DNA from: Gemmatales bacterium
GTDB lineage: Bacteria > Planctomycetota > Planctomycetia > Gemmatales > HRBIN36
Assembly (NCBI GenBank): GCA_041640595.1
Contig: JBEPZY010000002.1
Span: 436,651-500,650 of the forward strand
DNA: 64,000 nt
Reading direction: 5' to 3'
A program made the translations under genes and the position numbers. The notes below the pieces were generated by a model. That model saw nothing but the letters and a program-made list of their open reading frames with translations. It searched no databases and was not told the origin of the DNA. Positions 20,343 through 27,543 of the stretch are shown here, piece by piece (within the stretch, counting starts at the first letter, position 1; the number at the start of each line of letters is the position of its first letter).

Positions 20343-21311
20343 CTAACGTCTCTCGGGTTCATCCGCATCCAGGCGAGTGAACCTTCTCTCAAGCGCAGCT
20401 AGATGTTGCGATAATGCCTTTTCGGGTTCGGGAATTACCTGCCGCAACCGTGCGGATAGGGGTAATGGTGAGGGATTATCCTGTGGTCTGGAAGGGGCCG
20501 AGCTGGATGTTGCCGTACACATCTTGTGCAGGTCTTGCAGATATTCGAGCAGTATTCGCCGGGCGCTATCCGGGCCTCGTAGAAAGAAATGTGCCCAGGC
20601 CCAGGCTTCCCGATAATCTTGGGGCGTCAGGTCGCGCATCCAGGCAAGCTTCTCCAGCCGTTCCAGGCTGGGCGACCAGGGCGTGGCCAGTTCTGCTCTG
20701 AGCGCGGCCAGGTGGCGGTAATGGACTCCGTCTTGTTCCTGCGGCACTTCAAAAAATTCCGCCAGGCCTTCATCGAGCCACATGGGAATATTAGGGCAGA
20801 CACTGTGCAATTCCGCGTGCGTCAATTCGTGGCGGAGGTCTTCGAGGATGCGGTCGCCCCAAAAGGCGAAGACGAGAAGCTCTTCTCCGGCAGGACCTGA
20901 TCGAGCCATAAAAATCGCCCGTCGCGGCGGCAAGTGGCGAAAGTGGGCATGCAAGTATCGTTCGTAAGCTCCGCGGTCGGCAAACAAATACACCTGCACA
21001 AGCGTCTGGCTCGGCGGCAGGTGCAATTCGTGGCGAACACGTTGCGGCAACCGTGCCACCTCCTGCAATACCGGATGCTCCGCCTGCAGCATCACATCGG
21101 AATGGAACAGATAACGGTCGCCGACGCGCAATTCGACTCGCCGTGGTGGCAAAGGCAGTTCTGGTAGGACGGGCGCTTTTGGCGTGAGGCAACCGGCCAG
21201 CCCCACCAAGAGCACAACTATTCCCCGTCGCCACCATGCCGACGACCGGAAATCATGGCTTGCGCATACGACTGGCTTGCCGCGGGAAGAATACCGCTGC
21301 GTGGCAATCAC
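20343..21311 (-). CDS. DUF1570-like gluzincin metallopeptidase, putative lipoprotein
   Basis: Lipobox 'LAGC', HELTH, 'WLDEGLAEFFE', 'YREAWAWAHFFL'. Start codon uncertain. Confidence 0.8.
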   Translation of the reverse strand: MIATQRYSSRGKPVVCASHDFRSSAWWRRGIVVLLVGLAGCLTPKAPVLPELPLPPRRVELRVGDRYLFHSDVMLQAEHPVLQEVARLPQRVRHELHLPPSQTLVQVYLFADRGAYERYLHAHFRHLPPRRAIFMARSGPAGEELLVFAFWGDRILEDLRHELTHAELHSVCPNIPMWLDEGLAEFFEVPQEQDGVHYRHLAALRAELATPWSPSLERLEKLAWMRDLTPQDYREAWAWAHFFLRGPDSARRILLEYLQDLHKMCTATSSSAPSRPQDNPSPLPLSARLRQVIPEPEKALSQHLAALERRFTRLDADEPERR

Positions 21312-21402
21312 CGGAGACCTGACGGGTATAGCCGCGTTTGCATTCGCAAACCGGCTCCTTCACCAGGCGACATGCAGGCGGGGACGCACCGATGCGTCAG
21401 TC

Positions 21403-21678
21403 CTAGCCAGCGGTCTTGACCAGTTTAGCAGTGGGAATGCTCAGCGTCGCCTGAGTGAGCCAGTGCCCGGCATCAGGTGTACCATGCCAGCGCTGCATCT
21501 GAATCGTTTGCACTCGGCTCCGTTCTTCGTCATCGAGCAACTCTTCAAAGGCGGACTGGTAGTTCGCACGTACCTGGGCCGACGAACGCCCCAAATACAG
21601 GAGCATTTCCGAACCGTCGGTGAAGACAACCAGAGCTCGCCAAACCTGGGGTTTGGTTTCGTTCAGGGTCTGCGACAT
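21403..21678 (-). CDS. Small hypothetical protein (91 aa)
   Basis: GGAGG RBS, ATG 21678, globular composition, own consensus promoter. Confidence 0.7.
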   Translation of the reverse strand: MSQTLNETKPQVWRALVVFTDGSEMLLYLGRSSAQVRANYQSAFEELLDDEERSRVQTIQMQRWHGTPDAGHWLTQATLSIPTAKLVKTAG

Positions 21679-21723
21679 GATTTGTCCCTCCATGGTTCGA
21701 TCCGGATTCCGTTCGAGTGACAT

Positions 21724-21771
21724 AGTGTAGCGGTGAGGCAAGCGGTTGTCAAACTGAGTTATCCCCAGTTT
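21724..21771 (-). promoter_or_regulatory. Near-consensus sigma-70 promoter with an operator-like palindrome at the -35
   Basis: TTGACA(21752-21747)-N17-TACACT(21729-21724); inverted repeat AAACTG-N9-CAGTTT at 21751-21771. Confidence 0.7.
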
Positions 21772-21868
21772 CGTACGGGCTGCCTGGCAAACCTTGCCGG
21801 ACAATGGCTGACGAAAAGTCCTTTTCGGCCTCGCGCACCGAACGCTCCCATCGTTCCACACAACCCTT

Positions 21869-21968
21869 CTTTCCAGCTCCCGGTAACGGGGTGGCGAGCG
21901 ACTATGAACCGGGGCATTCGCATTACGCGGCACTACCTTCCCGTTCCGGCAACGGGGTGGCAAGCAAC
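21869..21968. repeat. Pair of 32-34-bp direct repeats separated by 34 bp
   Basis: CTTTCCAGCTCCCGGTAACGGGGTGGCGAGCGAC (21869-21902) and CTTCCCGTTCCGGCAACGGGGTGGCAAGCAAC (21937-21968). Confidence 0.6.
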
Positions 21969-22116
21969 TGTCGCAGGCCGTCGCAAAAGCCGTTGTTCGT
22001 TGGGAGCGGCCTGTTCACAGTCTGTCGCGTGTGGCTGCTGGTGAACCGTACTAATCGTGCCTCGCCCCAGCTTCCTTAACGGCTTCGTGTCGTGCTGTCG
22101 CGTGCCGCTGCGTGGG

Positions 22117-22357
22117 CCAACCGTACTGACGGGCTGTCAGGGGCCTTGCACCCGTGGTAGAGAAGCCCACCTCTCCCGTGTGGCTGTTTGGCCAACCGTG
22201 CTGACCACGCCGGTCATGCCGGCGGGACTGGATTCACTATCGGCTGCCATCCCGACTGTAACACTGTGCATCCATAACACCATGAGAGCACCTCGCTGGC
22301 GGACTGCATTCACTATCGACGGCCGTACCAGCTACCAACCGTAACTGACCACGCCGG
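22117..22357. repeat. Interleaved short direct repeats downstream of the kinase gene
   Basis: CCAACCGT(A/G/AA)CTGAC(CACGCCGG) at 22117, 22192, 22335; GGACTG(G/C)ATTCACTATCG at 22225 and 22301. Confidence 0.55.
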
Positions 22358-22496
22358 GCATCCGGGCCACCTGTGCGCCAGGGGATCGCTGTCTTGCTGA
22401 TCCGTGCGGCAAGCACATGCATGACCGGCAACCCGACAACATGGCCGATGGTCGCTCTCTTGCTCATTTACGCTGCGAGTGCGGAGGATCGGCCCT

Positions 22497-24830
22497 TCAC
22501 CGAGCCTGTTTGCGCAAATCGCCGATGTACCACACCCGCACCGTGTTGTCCTCGCTTCCCGAAACGACGTATTGGCCATCGGGCGTCACCGCGACGCTAC
22601 TGACCCAATCCTCGCGCCCCGTGAACCGCCGCACCTCTTGCCCCGTCGCCAGGTCCCACAAACGCACCGTTTTGTCCCAGCTTCCCGAAACGACGTATTT
22701 GCTATCGGGCGTCACCGCGACGCTCCAGACCCCATCGTCGTGCCCCGTCAACCGCCGCACTTCTTGCCCCGTCGCCAGCTCCCATAAACGCACCGTGTGG
22801 TCCCAGCTTCCCGAAACGACGTATTTGCCATCAGGCGTCACCGCGACGCTCCTGACCGGCTGCTCGTGCCCCGTGAACCGCCGCACTTCTTTCCCCGTCG
22901 CCAAGTCCCACAAACGCACCGTTTTGTCATCACTTCCCGACACGACGTATTTGCCGTCCGGCGTCACCGCGACGCTCAAGACCGCATCGTCGTGCCCCGT
23001 GAACCGCCGCACTTCTTGCCCCGTCGCCAGCTCCCACAAACGCACCGTGTTGTCCCCGCTTCCCGAAACAACGTATTTGCCATCGGGCGTCACCGCGACG
23101 CTCCTGACCCAAGCCTCGTGCCCCCTCAGCACTGCGACTAGCAGAGGGTGCCATATCTCTTCCACGATAGTCAGGAGTTGGGTCTCTTCCCAGCCGAGGT
23201 AGCGCTGGCTCAGTTCCGGGCCGTAACGCACCCACATCTCCAGCGGCAACACGTCAGGCACCGATGCCATGCCGCGTTGCACATGCGACCAGCACTCCCG
23301 CAAATCCTCGCGTTGCCGACGCTCCAGCTGCTGCCAGACCTGCTGCCGCTGACTTTGCAACTTGGCCAGTAATTGCTGCTTCTTCGCCGACCATTGTTTT
23401 GGCAGATCGGCCAGCTTGCGTTCGATGTCCGCCACAGTGCCCGCCACGCTCTTGGCCTGCAACAGCCACTGAAAGAACGTCCACCGGCCAGTTTCGGGGC
23501 AGTAACGCAGAAACGCACTCGGCGGCAACGACTCGCCCTTCCGCAATTCCTGGTAGAGTTGCTGCACCAGCTCCCGATTCACGCCCGGCGGCAAGGGCAG
23601 TTTGTCCAGTTCCGCTTTCCTTTCCAAGAATGCTTGCCGCAATGCTTGTTCGGCTTGCTCCAGGGCAGCACGAACCAGTCGCAGGTCGGGATGCGATTCC
23701 GCTTCCACCTGCTCGATGGCCTCCGTGAGTGCGAGAAATTGCCCCTGCAACCTCGCCAGGTCTTCAGGCACCGGCGGCAATAGCGTAGGACGATGCTCCC
23801 GTGGCTGCACTGGCCCGACCTGGACGGCATCGAGCGACGGTAAATCCGGCACCTGTGCGACAACGGCCGGCCTGGCCGTCATCTGGCCGAGCATCAGTCG
23901 GCTTTCGAGTTGCTGGACGAAGCTCTTAGCCGAGGTGGGGCGGTCGTTGGGACGAGGCGATAACGCCTGCCGCACCCATTCCACCTCCGCCGCGGTCATA
24001 CCCTCCGTGCACGGGTCACCACGTTGCTGACGAGCAGTGATCTCGTGCGGGGTCGTGCCAAACGGCGGCTTGCCCGTCCGCAGATGCACATACGTCGCCG
24101 CCAGGCCGTACACATCTATCGTGCGATGCAACTGACCCCTCTCGCCCTCGCTCCGCGGATACGCCTCCAGCGGCAGATAGCCAACCGTGCCCACGCCCGT
24201 CTGCGACGCCGTGCTCAGCCCCGCCAGCTTGAGAAATCCGAGATCGCCCACCTTCACCTGCCCGCCCACCAGAAACAGGTTCTGCGGCTTGATGTCGCGG
24301 TGGAAAATGCCGCGGCTGTTGAGAAACTCGATGCCTTCCGCCGCCTGTTCCATCCACGGCATCAATTGATCCAACGGCAATCCGCATTGTCCGTTTTGCT
24401 GCTGATGCTCCCTGAGCCGGTCGAGCAACGTCCCCTCGCTGGCCAGTTCCCAGACGGTAACCAGGTGGCCGAGCACAACTTCGTAGCGAATCAGCGTCAA
24501 CACGTGCGGGTGGTTGCCGACCCGATGCAGCAACTCGATGGCTTCGAGTTCGCGCTGCACCGCCGCCTGCACATCGTTCGCATTGCCCGCCACTTCTTCC
24601 AGCGAAAACCGGCTGATTTTGACGGCCCGTTCGACGCCATCCACGACTTCCCGATACACCATGCCGAACCCGCCCTGGCCGATTTCGTGGTCGAGATGCC
24701 AGCCGTACTCTCGCCGCAAAAAGTCCACGACCGCCTGAAACCCACGCCCTTCCGGCTGCAACCCGCGCTCCTCTCGCTGCAACCCGTGTCCCTCTGCCTG
24801 AAATCCGCGACCCTGTGGCTGCTGCATCAT
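22497..24830 (-). CDS. Hanks-type Ser/Thr protein kinase with coiled-coil linker and five C-terminal WD40 repeats
   Basis: IGQGGFGMVY, AVKI, HRDIKPQN, GDLG, GTVGYLPLE, DVYGL; five 42-aa GH...VTPDGKYVVSGSxDxTVRLW repeats. Alternative TTG start at 24848. Confidence 0.93.
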   Translation of the reverse strand: MMQQPQGRGFQAEGHGLQREERGLQPEGRGFQAVVDFLRREYGWHLDHEIGQGGFGMVYREVVDGVERAVKISRFSLEEVAGNANDVQAAVQRELEAIELLHRVGNHPHVLTLIRYEVVLGHLVTVWELASEGTLLDRLREHQQQNGQCGLPLDQLMPWMEQAAEGIEFLNSRGIFHRDIKPQNLFLVGGQVKVGDLGFLKLAGLSTASQTGVGTVGYLPLEAYPRSEGERGQLHRTIDVYGLAATYVHLRTGKPPFGTTPHEITARQQRGDPCTEGMTAAEVEWVRQALSPRPNDRPTSAKSFVQQLESRLMLGQMTARPAVVAQVPDLPSLDAVQVGPVQPREHRPTLLPPVPEDLARLQGQFLALTEAIEQVEAESHPDLRLVRAALEQAEQALRQAFLERKAELDKLPLPPGVNRELVQQLYQELRKGESLPPSAFLRYCPETGRWTFFQWLLQAKSVAGTVADIERKLADLPKQWSAKKQQLLAKLQSQRQQVWQQLERRQREDLRECWSHVQRGMASVPDVLPLEMWVRYGPELSQRYLGWEETQLLTIVEEIWHPLLVAVLRGHEAWVRSVAVTPDGKYVVSGSGDNTVRLWELATGQEVRRFTGHDDAVLSVAVTPDGKYVVSGSDDKTVRLWDLATGKEVRRFTGHEQPVRSVAVTPDGKYVVSGSWDHTVRLWELATGQEVRRLTGHDDGVWSVAVTPDSKYVVSGSWDKTVRLWDLATGQEVRRFTGREDWVSSVAVTPDGQYVVSGSEDNTVRVWYIGDLRKQAR
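22520..23123 (-). repeat. Five intragenic 126-bp tandem repeats (WD40)
   Basis: GH/GR codons start at 23123, 22997, 22871, 22745 and 22619, an exact 126-bp period. Confidence 0.95.
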
Positions 24831-25294
24831 AGGTGACCCTCGCTGCAACCTAGCGGCCCCTCCGGCCAGCCAGTCCTGTTCCGACCTGTGGCTGCTGCAT
24901 TATAGGCGACTTTCGCTGCAACCCGCGACCTTCTGGCTGCTGTATCGCAGGCGACTTCCGCCGCATTGCTTACTCAGCCGGCTCAGAGGCGACTTAGTGC
25001 CCAAGCGATATCATAGGCGATTTTCGCGGCGTTGCCTGCTCGGCCGGCTCAGAGGCGACTTAGTGCCGAAGCGATGTCATAGGCGATTTTCGCAGCGTTG
25101 CCTGCTCGGCCGGCTCAGAGGCGACTTAGTGCCGAAGCGATGCCATAGGCGATTTTCGCGGCGTTGCCTGCTCGGCTGCCTCAAAGGCGACCCAGTGCCG
25201 AAGCGATGTCATAGCCGACCCTCGCCACGTTGCCTGCTCGGCCGGCTCAGAGGCGACGTCATGCCAAAGCCATGTCACAGGCGACTTTCGCTAC
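24805..25294. repeat. Three ~43-bp start-region duplications followed by five 66-bp tandem repeats
   Basis: Unit GTTGCCTGCTCGGCCGGCTCAGAGGCGACTTAGTGCCGAAGCGATGTCATAGGCGATTTTCGCGGC starts at 24965, 25031, 25097, 25163, 25229. Related CTGTGGCTGCTGCATyATAGGyGAC blocks at about 24805, 24882, 24923. Confidence 0.9.
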
Positions 25295-25302
25295 GGTGCT
25301 TA

Positions 25303-25550
25303 CCGCCCAGCCGGCACTTGCCGGCGCACTCGTTCCTGGCACGCGGTCAGCCTCATCCTCAGCGTCTCCGCCCAGCCGACACTTGCCGACAGGCCGTGCA
25401 CGTTCCTGGCTGGGGCACCGTCCGCGCCATCCTCGCCGTCTCCGCCCAGCCGGCACTTGCCGACACGCTCGGCACAATCGTTCCTGGCACGCGGTCAGCG
25501 CCATTCTCAGCGTCTCCGCCCAGCCGGCACTTGCCGAGACAGTCGGCACA
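25303..25550. repeat. Four-copy 65-74-bp imperfect tandem array
   Basis: CCGCCCAGCCG(G/A)CACTTGCCG at 25303, 25368, 25442, 25516. The first three units also carry CGTTCCTGGC and CATyCTC..CGTCT blocks. Confidence 0.85.
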
Positions 25551-25568
25551 CTGCTACCGTTGATGGCC

Positions 25569-25596
25569 ATTATACCCGCCAGCGTGCCCTCCGCAA
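25569..25596 (-). promoter_or_regulatory. Putative sigma-70 promoter directed towards the kinase gene
   Basis: Minus strand TTGCGG-N16-TATAAT, with a perfect -10 at 25574-25569 in the unique gap between two repeat arrays. Confidence 0.45.
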
Positions 25597-25936
25597 TCAA
25601 TCGCCCGGTCTCGCCGGCTGTGGAGAAATCCGGCGAGGCAGTCGCTTGCCCTGCGGGCCGCAATCCATCGCATGGTCTGGCAAGCCGTGGAGAGATTCGG
25701 CGAGCAAGTCGCCCATACTCCGCAATCCATCGCATGGTCTCGCCGGCTGTGGAGAAATCCGTTGAGGAGGTCAGTTCGCGTGCAATACGGAATCCATTGC
25801 ATGGTCTGGCAAGCCGTGGAGAGATTCGCCAAGCAAGTCGCCCATAGTCCGCAATCCATCGCATGGTCTCGCCGGCTCTGGAGAAATCCGGCGAGGACGT
25901 CAGTTCGCGTGCAATACGCAATCCATCGCATGGTCT
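25592..25936. repeat. 129-bp tandem array (alternating 67/62-bp subunits with a 20-bp core)
   Basis: CGCAATCCATCGCATGGTCT core, or close variants, at 25592, 25659, 25721, 25788, 25850, 25917. A-type subunits contain a CTCGCCGG...CCGGCGAG stem. Confidence 0.88.
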
Positions 25937-25994
25937 TGCCCAGGGAGACTGCCGACGTTGTGCTGACGGTCGCCACCGCGCGTACGTGATGGAT

Positions 25995-27107
25995 AACCAC
26001 GGGGGGCTTACGCCCTCCGTTCTTGTATTGCACGAATGCACGCCTGCTGGGGATTTGCGGTTTCCGCTGCACGCGCGTAACCCAACCACGGGGGGCTGAC
26101 GCCCCCGCTCTTGGCTGTACATGCGTTTGTGCATCGCAAAAGTCGTCATTTCACCGGCACACGTTCGCGCCTGCAAACAGGAGCGACGGGTGTCAGCCCG
26201 CCGTGGTGTGCGGAAACGCATTTGCAAGGGCGATACCCCAAACATGCAGGGGACCGTCCCCGGTGTGCCAGCGAACGTTATTGCAATCGCGTTCGCCGGG
26301 CGACCGTCGGTAGTGTTCCGAGTAACTGGGCGGTGGCATTGCGAACGCGCTTCTGCGAACCACGGGGGGCTTACGCCCCCGCTCTTGGCTGTCGGTCGCA
26401 TGTCGCTGAACGGTGCTCGATTTTTCCAGCACGCCGTTCGTGTTACCGAACCACGGGGGCTGACGCCCCCCGCTCTTGTGTTGTGCGAATGCGCGTCTGC
26501 TGGGGATTTGCGGTTTCCGCTGCACGCGCGTAACCTAACCACGGGGGGCTCACGCCCCCCGCTCTTGGCTGTATATGCGTTCGTGTATCGCAAAAGTCGC
26601 CATTTCACCGGCAAACGTTGGCGCCTGCAAACAGGAGCGGCGGGCGTGAGCCCGCCGTGGTGTGCGGAAACGCATTTGCAAGGGCGATAGCGCAAACGTG
26701 CAGGAGACTGCCGCCAGTGTGCCGGCGAACGTCGTTGCAATCGCGGTCGCCGGGGGAGCGTCGGTAGTGTTCCGAGTCATTGCGCGGTGGCATTGCGAAT
26801 GCGTTTCGGCGAACCACGGGGGGCTGACGCTCGCCCCGCTCTTGGTTGTCGGTCGCATGTCGCTGAACGGTGCTCGATTTTTCCAGCACGCCGCTCGTGT
26901 TACCTAACCACGGGGGGCTTACGTCCCCGCGATCTTGCGTTGCGCGAATGCGCGTCTGCTGGAGATTTGCGGTTTCCGCTACACGCGCGTTACCCAACCA
27001 CGGGGGGCTTACGCCCCCCGCTCTTGGTTGTGCATGCGTTTGTGCATCGCGAAAGTCGCCATTTCGCCGGCACAGGTTCGCGCATTCAAACAGAAGCGGC
27101 GGGCGTG
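25995..27107. repeat. REP-like hairpin cluster (BIME/REPIN-like): 11 copies in about 2.5 tandem ~455-bp units
   Basis: AACCACGGGGGGC-T(T/G/C)AC-GCCCCC(C)GCTCTTG at 25995, 26084, 26358, 26449, 26537, 26812, 26906, 26996. Inverted variant GAGCG(G/A)CGGG..AGCCCGCCGTGGT at about 26181 and 26635, with a truncated copy at about 27093. Unit starts 25995, 26449, 26906. Confidence 0.88.
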
Positions 27108-27543
27108 CATGTTCCAGGTGCTGCCGAGTAAACAGGCCATCCGACGCAATCGTTATCGTTCCCATGCCATACGTCTGGCGGAGCGTAGTTGTCTAGCTGA
27201 GCTGTCTTGTGCCAAACTGGATCATCCCCATGTCAGACGTTCAGCGGAGCGGCCGTTAAAACTGGCGATACGTCAGATTGGCAAATGGTCTTTCTGCGGC
27301 ACAGAGCTGGAGAACGCTTTGCGGCGATTGCCCAGGCTTTTCGTCTGCAGTGGTCAAAAGGTCTTTCTGCGACACAGAGTCAAACAAGCGTCCGCCAACG
27401 GCAAAAACCAGTCAGCCGCCAAACGTAATTCACGTGTTTGCGAGCGATTGGCTGTTCCGAGAGTGCATCCCAGAGTAAATCACTGTTTGCGACGGACGGC
27501 ACGTTCGGGGTACTGCCGAGCGTCAGGATGAATAGCATGCCTG

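Noticed and set aside
21869..21968. Cobalamin riboswitch (GCCAC...GGGAAG fragments on the minus strand)
   Set aside because: The remaining conserved elements are absent, and the segment lies upstream of the promoter rather than in the leader.
22520..23123. DGR target/template pair explaining the WD40 variation
   Set aside because: No reverse transcriptase or non-coding template copy in the window, and the differences are not adenine-specific.
22417..23202. Repetitive 261-aa plus-strand ORF
   Set aside because: Antisense reading of the WD40 repeats.
25592..25936. CRISPR array (20-bp repeat with 42-47-bp spacers)
   Set aside because: The spacers alternate A/B/A/B/A and share sequence (TGGAGARAT), so this is a 129-bp tandem repeat. 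No cas genes are present.
24997..27531. Many overlapping ORFs in the repeat field (e.g. 25259-26740 minus, 493 aa; 24997-25563 plus)
   Set aside because: Arg/Pro/Cys-rich translations of GC-rich repeats whose unit lengths shift frame. No domain motifs or RBS.
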